Of a stretch of DNA of 64,000 nt, positions 46,163 to 54,951 are shown piece after piece. The DNA lies in the sequence record PV261924.1. One strand, given 5' to 3'. Position 1 is the stretch's first letter; the number at the start of each line of letters is the position of its first letter. A model generated the notes under the pieces. It saw nothing but the letters and a program-made list of their open reading frames with translations, did no database searches and was not told where the DNA came from. Position numbers and translations under genes: made by a program.

Positions 46163-46234
46163 TAGGACTGCTGGGAATTGAACCCAGGTCACACCGTTAT
46201 AAGCAGTGGGCCTTAACCGTTAGGCGACAGTCCC
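46163..46234 (-). tRNA. tRNA-Ile(TAT)
   Basis: CACTG-CTTATAA-CGGTG anticodon arm; acceptor GGGACTG/CAGTCCT. Confidence 0.85.
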
Positions 46235-46407
46235 TAGGGAGCTTCGTTATTATTTTCTGAGTACATTTTGTACAATGGATCGTCAGTTGGCATTATCACT
46301 GCTGCAGATCCATTCTCATTAACTATTCCTATATGTTCCCCTTCTTCTACTCTTTGTATCAGTTCATCCCATCTCTCTTGAAATTCTTGCACCGTGAAGA
46401 CTTCCAT
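46234..46407 (-). CDS. Phd/YefM antitoxin-like small protein
   Basis: Manual translation MEVFTVQEFQERWDELIQRVEEGEHIGIVNENGSAAVIMP...; stop codon shares 1 nt with tRNA-Ile G1. Confidence 0.6.
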   Translation of the reverse strand: MEVFTVQEFQERWDELIQRVEEGEHIGIVNENGSAAVIMPTDDPLYKMYSENNNEAP

Positions 46408-46442
46408 AATTGATAATATTTAGTGGGGGATTGGTTACCCAA

Positions 46443-46516
46443 TCGGAATGACGCGATTCGAACACGCGGCCGCCCGCTCCCAAAGCGGGTGCTCTACCAA
46501 ACTGAGCTACATTCCG
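46443..46516 (-). tRNA. tRNA-Pro(TGG)
   Basis: CCCGC-TTTGGGA-GCGGG anticodon arm. Confidence 0.93.
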
Positions 46517-46606
46517 TGGCGGAAGAGGTGAGATTCGAACTCACGGAGGACTTGCACCCTCGTCGGTTTTCAAGACCGATGCCATAAACCACTCGACCAC
46601 TCTTCC
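46517..46606 (-). tRNA. tRNA-Ser(TGA)
   Basis: TCGGT-CTTGAAA-ACCGA; long variable arm; encoded CCA. Confidence 0.95.
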
Positions 46607-46792
46607 TTATTTCCACAATCCTACCACAATCAACAATCCTTGTGCATAGAAGAACAGTAAAACTGAACCTATACAAGCACTAATGAGAGTAGCAGTCTTG
46701 TTATGTTTATCGATTGCTTTATCTATCATCTCCTGACACTGACGTTCGGTGATGTAGTGTTCGGGTTTGATTTGATCGAATCGATGTGACAT
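46607..46792 (-). CDS. Small membrane protein
   Basis: CQEMIDKAIDKHNKTATLIS followed by a TM segment. Confidence 0.65.
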   Translation of the reverse strand: MSHRFDQIKPEHYITERQCQEMIDKAIDKHNKTATLISACIGSVLLFFYAQGLLIVVGLWK

Positions 46793-46821
46793 AGTAAGTA
46801 TACTGTATGTATCAAAGAATG

Positions 46822-47379
46822 TCAAGTATAAGTATATGCGATTGTCATTCTTGGATGTTTACAAAGAACATTAGGAGCAAACCCCATGTGTTCCAAATGT
46901 GCGGGGAACAAGACTGCGTCGTTAGGAATGAATGATTGATAAAGATATTCTTTGTCTTCAGTCATTACAACAAACTCACCTCCCCATGAACTATTCCAAG
47001 AAGGATTCGCAAAAATTAAAAGAGTCCAACTTCCAAATGAACCATCAGTATGAAACGTAGACTCTTGACCAAAAAACTGAATGTTGGTATTAACTCTATT
47101 TAATGTCAGATTTTGTTTGATAATTTTTTGACATTGATACTTGAGTAGAGTACCATACTTAATCAGTGTAAGGTTATCACCAATAGTATTGAATTTTGAT
47201 AATGGTTTCATCAAACATCCCATATTGGGATGGTCTTCCTCATAACTATCGTTCTTGGTGAATCTCCAGGTATTGTATTTTGAATCCAGTTCGTCGTTCA
47301 GTGAAAAGAAATCCTTTGTATCAAGTATGTTCTTAATACGATAGATGTTATCTTTGACTTCAACGAACCTCAAAATCAA
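46822..47379 (-). CDS. 2OG-Fe(II) oxygenase
   Basis: FHTD, W..SWGGEF, VLFPAHLEH, RMTIAY. Confidence 0.85.
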   Translation of the reverse strand: MILRFVEVKDNIYRIKNILDTKDFFSLNDELDSKYNTWRFTKNDSYEEDHPNMGCLMKPLSKFNTIGDNLTLIKYGTLLKYQCQKIIKQNLTLNRVNTNIQFFGQESTFHTDGSFGSWTLLIFANPSWNSSWGGEFVVMTEDKEYLYQSFIPNDAVLFPAHLEHMGFAPNVLCKHPRMTIAYTYT

Positions 47380-47608
47380 GTCTCCTCACTTTTCTTTTTC
47401 TCCTCTCTTCCTGATAGGAGAGATCAGAGTTACTAAGGACACCTTTTGAAGTTGGCTCCTTGTTAGATTCTACCATCACCACTTTAGACAAGTCAACTGC
47501 TGTAACCTTGTCTTCAATTACCGTCATCATATTGGGACAACCACAACAATGTGTGTGATGGTCACTTCGGATTTCTTTGTTACACTGTTTGCATCTTACA
47601 GTAATCAT
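47360..47608 (-). CDS. Zn-ribbon hypothetical protein
   Basis: CKQC...CCGCPN. Confidence 0.75.
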   Translation of the reverse strand: MITVRCKQCNKEIRSDHHTHCCGCPNMMTVIEDKVTAVDLSKVVMVESNKEPTSKGVLSNSDLSYQEERRKRKVRRLDFEVR

Positions 47609-47630
47609 GGGTCATGTTTGTAATTCGATA

Positions 47631-47702
47631 TGGGAGTTACAAGATTCGAACTTGTGACCAATTGCGTGTAAAGCAACTGCGCTACCGCTGCGCTAAACTC
47701 CC
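47631..47702 (-). tRNA. tRNA-Val(TAC)
   Basis: GTTGC-TTTACAC-GCAAT; acceptor GGGAGTT/AACTCCC. Confidence 0.92.
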
Positions 47703-48106
47703 TTAGGATGACCCCCATTTTTGTATCTACCACCTTTACTTTTGTTTGGTGGTAATGTCTTTACTGCATGGCAGTTAGGACACAATACCTGGAGATTATC
47801 TTGACTGTGATTGAAGGGGTCATTATCTATATGGTCAATCTCCAGTGGCACATTACCAGTGTGTGGATTTACCTGAGACCAACCACAACAAGAACATTTA
47901 TAATCACTTTGTTCAAGTAAATATCTTCTTACATGGTTGGATACGATATATCCGTTACCCCCTGGACCTCCCTTCTTCCACTCTTCAACAAACAAATGTC
48001 TGGAGTGGTCTGACTGGCACTTACTACTACAATACTTGCCCTTCTTGTGATGGGGATTGTATGTGAATTCAGTGCCGCAAGACAGACAAGAGGAGGAGAG
48101 TAACAT
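47693..48106 (-). mobile_element. Free-standing HNH endonuclease gene in the tRNA cluster
   Basis: CLSC/YCSSKC, CSCCG, LEIDHIDNDPFNHSQDNLQVLCPNCH; own TATAAATA late promoter at 48127-48134; 3' end overlaps tRNA-Val. Confidence 0.85.
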
Positions 48107-48151
48107 AATCTGGTAGAGTGGTGTTTTATTTATAAACAACACTACTACCAA

Positions 48152-48223
48152 CTGCCCCGACTGGATTCGAACCAGTAACCTTGAAGTTAACAGCTTCCTG
48201 CACTGCCGTTGTGCTACAGGGCA
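48152..48223 (-). tRNA. tRNA-Asn(GTT)
   Basis: GAAG-CTGTTAA-CTTC anticodon arm. Confidence 0.9.
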
Positions 48224-48228
48224 TTTAC

Positions 48229-48423
48229 CTAACTGGATTTCTCCTCTTTAGCGGTCTTGAAGTAAAGTTTGTAATACCGTTGTTTCATTTCTGAAATGGT
48301 ATTCATGTCCTCTTCATACCCCATGTATTTAAGGAGTTGAAAAGAACCCTCAAGTTCACTGATCAATCGTAACATATTGATTGAAGATCTGTCAAGACCT
48401 CCGAACGTGTACTCTTTACTCAT
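48229..48423 (-). CDS. Hypothetical protein between tRNAs
   Basis: MSKEYTFGGLDR...LRLISELEGSFQLLKYMG; GGAGG SD. Confidence 0.65.
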   Translation of the reverse strand: MSKEYTFGGLDRSSINMLRLISELEGSFQLLKYMGYEEDMNTISEMKQRYYKLYFKTAKEEKSS

Positions 48424-48439
48424 AAACCTCCTAGGAGGA

Positions 48440-48512
48440 TGGAGAATAGGAGACTCGAACTCCTGACAGCCTGCTTGCAAAGCAGGTGCTCTACCAACTG
48501 AGCTAATTCCCC
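48440..48512 (-). tRNA. tRNA-Ala(TGC)
   Basis: CCTGC-TTTGCAA-GCAGG; G3:U70 pair. Confidence 0.95.
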
Positions 48513-48588
48513 TGGAGCCACTCACAGGACTCGAACCTGCGACTTGAGCTTTACAAAAGCCCTACTCTACCAACTGAGTTAGAGTGGC
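48513..48588 (-). tRNA. tRNA-Thr(TGT)
   Basis: GGGC-TTTTGTAAA-GCTC; encoded CCA. Confidence 0.93.
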
Positions 48589-48590
48589 AT

Positions 48591-48779
48591 GGGTTGGGCA
48601 GAAGGATTACATTATACCTTCAACAGAGGGGTCTCACTAATGTAGTAACGCCTCTGAACTTTCAGGACCCTTGGTATGGGTTCTCATGCCTCCTGTCTCC
48701 AGGTCACATGGTGGCCACCACAGCCTTCCTTACTATACAATGTTGGGTGCTTGACCACACCAACTTTTCTGTCATACCC
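48591..48779 (-). ncRNA. Candidate structured ncRNA between tRNA-Arg and tRNA-Thr
   Basis: No credible sense ORF; several hairpins incl. CCUG-GAGA-CAGG and CAGAGG/CCUCUG; 5' and 3' ends complementary. Confidence 0.55.
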
Positions 48780-48801
48780 TATGGAGATGATCAATCTCCA
48801 A

Positions 48802-48875
48802 CGACTCAAGTAGGATTCGAACCTACGACCGACTGCTTAGAAGGCAGTTGCTCTAATCCGCTGAGCTACTGAGTC
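48802..48875 (-). tRNA. tRNA-Arg(TCT)
   Basis: ACTGC-CTTCTAA-GCAGT anticodon arm. Confidence 0.95.
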
Positions 48876-48889
48876 ATGTGGACCCTTCG

Positions 48890-48918
48890 ATTATAGAGGA
48901 GGGTCAATCCTCTGTCAA
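48890..48918 (-). promoter_or_regulatory. Consensus sigma70 promoter of the tRNA operon
   Basis: TTGACA-N17-TATAAT; spacer contains hairpin GAGGA/TCCTC. Confidence 0.85.
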
Positions 48919-49310
48919 GGACGAAACTGACCGTAACCAGTTCCTGATTGCCAACCACCAGGACCTTCTTGGAAGTTCTCAGAACCACCTTGTGTCTCTT
49001 TGACAGTGGTCCAGTTCTTAGTCGCCAACTCATACATCTCTTGATGAATGTTTGGTGACTCGACCTGGTGAGTGGTCTCCCTCTCGACCTTCTTATTATG
49101 GTCGATCTCCTTCTGTTTGTCAAGGGCCTTTTTGGTGAGGACTGGTTTTCCAAACCAAGGATCCTCAGGAAGAATGACAGGTGCAGGAACAGACCTGAAG
49201 GGTGTGAAAGGTTTCACAACCTTACTTACAACCTTTTTAATAATACCTTCACTTTTAGGAATAAAGATATTATAGATTGATTTGAGTTTAGTCTTAATCT
49301 TCTTAATCAT
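48915..49310 (-). CDS. Hypothetical protein
   Basis: ORF track; GGSENFQEGP.GW.SG tail. Confidence 0.6.
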   Translation of the reverse strand: MIKKIKTKLKSIYNIFIPKSEGIIKKVVSKVVKPFTPFRSVPAPVILPEDPWFGKPVLTKKALDKQKEIDHNKKVERETTHQVESPNIHQEMYELATKNWTTVKETQGGSENFQEGPGGWQSGTGYGQFRP

Positions 49311-49912
49311 ACCAAAATCATTCGTTTAGTGTAGTCATATGCATAGTGTTCACGGTATCCCTTGATACCCCAACCCAACCAGTAGTAGGAGGGTACCATG
49401 TATTGTCTCACAGTTAGACCACCACCTTCGAACTCAGGTAGCACCTTTTGGAACTGGCTCTCGTTCACCATGTAACGAACCTGACAGTCTAGTTCACTCG
49501 GGTTACATTTATATTTAGCGGCAAAGTTTCCGAGACCACGATAACGACCAATAGAAGTCCATTGAATCAGACCATAACCACCAGCATGACACTGGTTATA
49601 ATTTACTCTTGCACCACCTTCACAGATGTTAGGATGAAAGTTACTTTCTGACCTAATGTTACCCATGATCGCCGCAAGGGCATTACGATCAGTGATACGA
49701 GTCTGTTCTTGAAGTTGTGCGAGAACATATCTCTCATTAGGACTGCAATCAGGACAATCCCATGTCTTCCTTACAACTTCGATGGGAACAGCATTCTCTT
49801 CATTCACAGACACATCCACAGATGGTGGATTTTCAATCTCATCAGTTGTGGGATATGCACAAGCCGAAGGAATAATAGTTGCCAATGCAAATGGAAGAAG
49901 TTTCTTAAACAT
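49307..49912 (-). CDS. Phage lysozyme-like / cell wall hydrolase with signal peptide
   Basis: AAIMGNIRSES.F, GYGLIQWTS..R motif. Confidence 0.75.
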   Translation of the reverse strand: MFKKLLPFALATIIPSACAYPTTDEIENPPSVDVSVNEENAVPIEVVRKTWDCPDCSPNERYVLAQLQEQTRITDRNALAAIMGNIRSESNFHPNICEGGARVNYNQCHAGGYGLIQWTSIGRYRGLGNFAAKYKCNPSELDCQVRYMVNESQFQKVLPEFEGGGLTVRQYMVPSYYWLGWGIKGYREHYAYDYTKRMILV

Positions 49913-49960
49913 TAAATTAAATAGAACTCGACATTCACCTCACATCAAAGATTGGGTGAC

Positions 49961-50383
49961 TCAAAAATAATCCTTACGGTAATATCGACCAAGGATGTTG
50001 GAATTGTAGTACAAGGGTGTCTCATCTGTCAACCTTTGAGACAGGACTTCATTGAGGAACAATTGTCTGGTCTCCTCAAAATTAACCTTTCCCTTCGTAC
50101 TATGTAGGGACAAAATCTTACGAGAAAATTTATCCTTGCCCAGAAGAGTAACATCCTCCTTTAGTTCTGGACAAGATCCATAATATTTTTTCCAGTCAGA
50201 TTCTGACTTTACTTTTCTACTCTTACCTTTTGGTTTTCTAAACGACCAAAAATACTTTCTACCAATGTAACACCGCTCGTTGACGTTATTGGTAATGAGA
50301 TAAACAAAGCCAAAGTTGTCCCCAATAGAATCAGAGGTAAAGGGTTTACCTTCAAAGTACCAGGGGTTCTCGTAGTCACACAC
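49961..50383 (-). CDS. GIY-YIG-family protein next to nrdB
   Basis: GFVYLITN...YIGRK, WKKYYGS, YYNSNI. Confidence 0.75.
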   Translation of the reverse strand: MCDYENPWYFEGKPFTSDSIGDNFGFVYLITNNVNERCYIGRKYFWSFRKPKGKSRKVKSESDWKKYYGSCPELKEDVTLLGKDKFSRKILSLHSTKGKVNFEETRQLFLNEVLSQRLTDETPLYYNSNILGRYYRKDYF

Positions 50384-50524
50384 TCAGTCTTCTTCATAGT
50401 CCTGAAATATGTAGTCATCAATTTTTTTGGCTTTGATTTCTCTACAATATTGGATGTAAAGTCCTATTGCGTAATCATTCCAATCATCAAAGCTTGAATC
50501 CTGAGAATGTGTCTTTCTTGACAT
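50384..50524 (-). CDS. Small hypothetical protein
   Basis: MSRKTHSQDSSFDDWNDYAIGLYIQYC; overlaps nrdB 3' end. Confidence 0.45.
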   Translation of the reverse strand: MSRKTHSQDSSFDDWNDYAIGLYIQYCREIKAKKIDDYIFQDYEED

Positions 50525-51680
50525 CTTGTTTGATTCCTCCGACAACGTAGGACTCAACTTCTGTTTCTTGGGGTGCGACTTGAAGACCCTTAGAAGAGAT
50601 CCAATGTTGTGTCCAAGGGAGAGGATTGTTCTTTGCAGCGACATCGTACACGGGCTTAAGACCAATTGCTTTCATTCTGCGATTGGCAACCCACTCAACA
50701 TACTTCTTCAGAAGTGTGTCATTCAAGCCAATCATGCTTCCATCTTTGAAAAGATAGTCAGCCCATCTCTTCTCTTCGTTGACAGCCTTGTCAAACATGG
50801 CATACAACCACTCCTCCTCTTCCTTCATGATCTGTTGCATCTCAGGATCATCACCTGATCTCCACTTGTTCAGGATGTTCTGAGTGATCGCAAGGTGTTG
50901 GTTCTCATCTCTTGCAATCAGGGAGATGATCTTTGCTGATCCCTCCATGAGTTTGAGTTCACCAAAGGCGAAACTACAAGCAAAACTAACGTAGAACCTA
51001 ATACCCTCAAGAATGTTAACGTTTGCAACTGCTCTGAACAATTTACGTTTGACATCTTTGATTTCCCATTTAGATGATGGTGATTGACGGAAGTCATCCT
51101 TCCACATATTACCATTACCCCATTGTTGGGCACTGTTGATAAAGTCATCATATGACTCAGTGACACTCTTGGCACGTTCAAGAATTCTCTCGTCGGTGAT
51201 GATGTGATCAAAAATATCTGATGGGTCAGGATAGATATTCTTGATGATGTATGTGTAAGAGCGACTATGGATCATCTCCATAAATCCCCAGACTTCCATA
51301 CATGCTTCAAGTTCAGGAAGAGAACAATAAGGAATGAATGCCATCCCTGGTCCTCTACCCTGAATTGAGTCCAACATAATCTGATACTTCAGGTTAGAAG
51401 TATAGATGTGTTTCTGTTCTGGTCTGAGTAATTGATAGTCTGCTCTGTCCTTTTGAAGGGAGACCTCCTCAGGTCTCCAGAAATATCCGAGTTGTTGTGT
51501 TGTCAGTTTTTCAAAGACTGGATACTTGTAAGAATCGTATCTTTGAACTCCCAACGGTTTTCCAAAAAACATTGGTTGTTTTTTAGAGTCATGGACTTCG
51601 GTGTTGAATACCGTCATCCTATCCACCTTATCCATCGTAACATTATCCACCGATGAAACCTTAAACTGCACAGGATTCAC
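50487..51680 (-). CDS. nrdB: Ribonucleotide reductase class Ia beta subunit
   Basis: FWRPEEV, EMIHSRSY, LEGIRFYVSF, DENQH, VAPQETE. Confidence 0.97.
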   Translation of the reverse strand: MNPVQFKVSSVDNVTMDKVDRMTVFNTEVHDSKKQPMFFGKPLGVQRYDSYKYPVFEKLTTQQLGYFWRPEEVSLQKDRADYQLLRPEQKHIYTSNLKYQIMLDSIQGRGPGMAFIPYCSLPELEACMEVWGFMEMIHSRSYTYIIKNIYPDPSDIFDHIITDERILERAKSVTESYDDFINSAQQWGNGNMWKDDFRQSPSSKWEIKDVKRKLFRAVANVNILEGIRFYVSFACSFAFGELKLMEGSAKIISLIARDENQHLAITQNILNKWRSGDDPEMQQIMKEEEEWLYAMFDKAVNEEKRWADYLFKDGSMIGLNDTLLKKYVEWVANRRMKAIGLKPVYDVAAKNNPLPWTQHWISSKGLQVAPQETEVESYVVGGIKQDVKKDTFSGFKL

Positions 51681-53961
51681 ACTCTCCCTCCTCTACTGAT
51701 TCTAATTCTTCTAACAAATTATTGAGGTCCGACTTCTCTTCTACTACTTCATCCGTCTTGATGTCGTAGGTGTTCTGGTAATAAGAAGTCTTCCAACCAT
51801 ACTTATATGTAGTCAGAAGGTCATTTGCCATCTGAGAAACAGGGACCTCATTGTCAGGATAGTTCTCTGGATTGTAACTCCAGTTACCAGAAATGGCTTG
51901 GTCAAAGAACTTCTGCATGACAGACACCACATTGATGTATCCCTGGTTACTTTTCATCTCCCAGAGGAGAGTATAATTATTTTTAAGCGTTTGATAAGAC
52001 GGGACAATTTGTTTAAGGGGGCCCTTCTTGCTCTTCTTAATGGACAGATAGTCTCTAGGTGGCTCAATTCCATTTGTTGCGTTTGACACAACGGAACTGC
52101 TCTCCGATGGCATCTGAGCAGACAGTGTTGAGTGCCGTAGTCCGTGGGTGGTGATAGATGCTCTAAGACCTTCCCAATCATGTGTAAGCTCCTGTGTAGA
52201 AATCTCATCGACATCCTTCTTGTACGTGTCGATAGGAAGGATCCCATCAGAGTACTTAGTTCTACCAAAGTATTCACAGTGTCCCTTTTCTTTGGCAATT
52301 TCATTGGACGATTTGAGAAGGTAATACTGGAAGGACTCAGACAATCCATGAACTGCATCCCATGCCTCTTGGGAGTCGTAGTTATAACCTAACTTAGCAA
52401 GGTAGTGTGCAAGTCCAATGAACCCCACTCCGAGGGACCTACGGGCCTTTGTGGCGATCTCAGCCACCTTAACAGGATACTCCTGGTAGTCAATCAATTC
52501 TTCAAGACCACGAACTGACAGGTCACACAGATCCTCCAGTTCCTCATCAGACTTGATCTTACCTACGTTGACCGCAGACAGAATACACAGAGCAATCTCA
52601 CCTGGCAATTCTTCATCGATATGGCTCAAAGGTTCTGTGGGAAGAGTAATCTCCTGACACAGGTTACTCATTGTAACACGATCCTTGAAGGAAGAGTGAG
52701 AGTTACAATGGTCGATGTTCATGATGTAGATACGACCAGTCTCTGCTCTCTCTTTTAAGAGATCCAGAATGAGTTCTTGAGCTCCAACAGTTTTTCTTGG
52801 TACAGACTTATCTTGTTCATAACCCACATAGAGATCGTCAAATCGATCAGTGCCAAAAGCATCATAGAGACCTGGCGTGTCATGCGGTGAGAATAGGCTA
52901 ATCTCTCCATCCGTAATGAAACGTTCGTAGAAAATCTTTGATAGTTGGATTGAATAGTCAAGTTTACGTACCCTATTATCTTCCGTTCCTTTGTTGTTCT
53001 TGAGAACTAGGATGTCTTCGATTTCTTGATGCCAGATTGGGAAGTGGACAGTTGCGCTTCCACCTCGTATGCCATTTTGAGTGCAGCATCTGACAGTGCT
53101 CTCAAATTTTTTGAGGAATGGAACAACACCTGTGTGCTGAACTTCTCCACCTCTGATTTTAGCGTTGATACCGCGGATTCTGCCTGCGTTGATACCGATA
53201 CCCGCCCTTTGTGCAACATATCTGCCGATAGCCATATCAGAACTAAAGATGCTATCGAGGGAGTCATCAACATCAACAAGAACACAGCTAGCAAATTGTC
53301 GAAGTGGAGTTCGCACTCCCGCCATGATAGGTGTGGGAATGTTGATTCGGTGTCTGGAGATTGCGTCGTAGTATCTTTTGACATAAGAAAGTCGAGTTTC
53401 TTTAGGATATTCCTGAAAGATAGTCAGGGCGATCATGATATACATGAACTGTGGAGTCTCGTAGACCTGACCAGTACTTCTATCCTGTACTAGGTATTTA
53501 TCTACAACCTGCCTCAAACCAGCATACGTGAACAGGTAATCGCGATGATGGTCAATGTATGACTCTACCTTCTGAATCTCCTCAATAGAGTACTTAGTGA
53601 AGATTCCTTTGTCATACACACCCTCATAGGCAAGTTTCTGGATGTGATCAACCAGAGATGGCATCTCGTGCATCTTACCAAACAGTTGTTTGCGGACAGA
53701 GAATAGGAGGAGACGTGCAGCAACAAACTGATAGTTCGGATGGTCAAGATCAATCAAGTCGGAGGCACTCTTAATCAAGATCTCTTGAATCTCTCCCGTG
53801 GTAATACCATCGTAGAACTGAATACCTGAAGTCATCTCAACCTGACTTGCAGACACACCAGCAAGACCCTTGGTTGCTTCATCAACCATCTTGTGCATCT
53901 TATCCAGGTCCAGTTTCTCGACCGAACCATTTCTCTTAGTAACTTTCAATCCGTTGCTCAT
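51661..53961 (-). CDS. nrdA: Ribonucleotide reductase class Ia alpha subunit
   Basis: ATP cone, PTPIMAG, SNLCQEI, MPSESSS, C-terminal CESC; no intein or intron. Confidence 0.97.
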   Translation of the reverse strand: MSNGLKVTKRNGSVEKLDLDKMHKMVDEATKGLAGVSASQVEMTSGIQFYDGITTGEIQEILIKSASDLIDLDHPNYQFVAARLLLFSVRKQLFGKMHEMPSLVDHIQKLAYEGVYDKGIFTKYSIEEIQKVESYIDHHRDYLFTYAGLRQVVDKYLVQDRSTGQVYETPQFMYIMIALTIFQEYPKETRLSYVKRYYDAISRHRINIPTPIMAGVRTPLRQFASCVLVDVDDSLDSIFSSDMAIGRYVAQRAGIGINAGRIRGINAKIRGGEVQHTGVVPFLKKFESTVRCCTQNGIRGGSATVHFPIWHQEIEDILVLKNNKGTEDNRVRKLDYSIQLSKIFYERFITDGEISLFSPHDTPGLYDAFGTDRFDDLYVGYEQDKSVPRKTVGAQELILDLLKERAETGRIYIMNIDHCNSHSSFKDRVTMSNLCQEITLPTEPLSHIDEELPGEIALCILSAVNVGKIKSDEELEDLCDLSVRGLEELIDYQEYPVKVAEIATKARRSLGVGFIGLAHYLAKLGYNYDSQEAWDAVHGLSESFQYYLLKSSNEIAKEKGHCEYFGRTKYSDGILPIDTYKKDVDEISTQELTHDWEGLRASITTHGLRHSTLSAQMPSESSSVVSNATNGIEPPRDYLSIKKSKKGPLKQIVPSYQTLKNNYTLLWEMKSNQGYINVVSVMQKFFDQAISGNWSYNPENYPDNEVPVSQMANDLLTTYKYGWKTSYYQNTYDIKTDEVVEEKSDLNNLLEELESVEEGECESCAV

Positions 53962-54950
53962 ATCTTTTTCCAGGTTGTAAATTTGAGTTTTGCTTGTAAA
54001 CCACTATATGTGTTTGATTCTACTATCTCTTGAACTTTATGTCCAGATAGAACCATGTCATTTATGTCTTTGTCTCTGATGGTGGAGGGCCAGATGACAA
54101 CTCGTTCTCCCCGTTCAATACATCGTTCAATTCGAGCAACAATTTCTTTATTACGGGGTTCATTATCGTATACAAAAACTTTGTCGCTTCCTTCAAGATC
54201 ACTAATTTCACCATCACTACCACACAGAGCCACACTATTGTTGATGAAAGTGCTGTCGAAGGGTCCTTCGACCACATAGACTGGTAGTTTCTTATCGATT
54301 GTGTCAATCCCGTAAACTTTGGGTGCATCGTCGTCCAACATGATGGTTAAGTATTTAATAGGGTTTGTAGACAGTGCTCTACCCTGCACACCTATCAGTT
54401 TGTTATCCCTGACAAGAGGTATCACAATCCTCTGTTCACCATACTTTGGGTTATCAAAAGACCCTGGTTTGATACTATTGACAAACTCTTGAAAATTCTC
54501 GGCATAGTAATACTCACCCTTAAAGATTGCTCTATTCATGAGATATCTCTTAGACGTACCTACACTGAATGCATCAGGTAAATCAATCTTAATCTTTTCT
54601 TTGAAGACAGGTTTAGATGTTTCTAACTTCTTAAAGATGTCTTCTGGATTCCCTGTCTGAAAATTCTTACCACTCTTTCCATCCTTAAACTTTTCGAACA
54701 CATACTCCTTGTGTGTCTCTGGGTCAAGATCCTTCAAGAAACTATTGAAAGAGATACTGATACCACAATTGTGACACTTGTAGTTGGTATTGTTCTTTAC
54801 GCGATACAGATACCCTCGTGCCTTGTTCTTTTGTTTCTGACTGTCACCGCAAATTGGACAGCGGAAATTGTACAAATGCGGTTTTACCTTTTTGAACTTT
54901 GGTAGTCGTGAGGAAATCAGATTGATGTACTTTACATCAATAAAATCCAT
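53958..54950 (-). CDS. gp61: DNA primase gp61
   Basis: FRCPICGDS...CHNC zinc finger; VVEGPFDS, YDNEPRN, KDINDM TOPRIM motifs. Confidence 0.95.
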   Translation of the reverse strand: MDFIDVKYINLISSRLPKFKKVKPHLYNFRCPICGDSQKQKNKARGYLYRVKNNTNYKCHNCGISISFNSFLKDLDPETHKEYVFEKFKDGKSGKNFQTGNPEDIFKKLETSKPVFKEKIKIDLPDAFSVGTSKRYLMNRAIFKGEYYYAENFQEFVNSIKPGSFDNPKYGEQRIVIPLVRDNKLIGVQGRALSTNPIKYLTIMLDDDAPKVYGIDTIDKKLPVYVVEGPFDSTFINNSVALCGSDGEISDLEGSDKVFVYDNEPRNKEIVARIERCIERGERVVIWPSTIRDKDINDMVLSGHKVQEIVESNTYSGLQAKLKFTTWKKI

Positions 54951-54951
54951 A

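Noticed and set aside
48591-48779. Group I intron or RNase P resemblance (GUUCAGAG, GAAAGUUC)
   Set aside because: Partner elements (S sequence, P4 pairing) were not found.
48594-48872. 92-aa plus-strand ORF across the candidate ncRNA and tRNA-Arg
   Set aside because: Antisense to tRNA-Arg, GTG start and no motif; better explained as non-coding.
49961-50383. GIY-YIG ORF as a mobile homing endonuclease
   Set aside because: Short, with no extra DNA-binding domain; it looks like a stable nrdB-adjacent gene, so it was kept as a CDS only.
50487-53961. Introns or inteins in nrdA/nrdB
   Set aside because: Normal lengths, continuous frames and no intein motifs.
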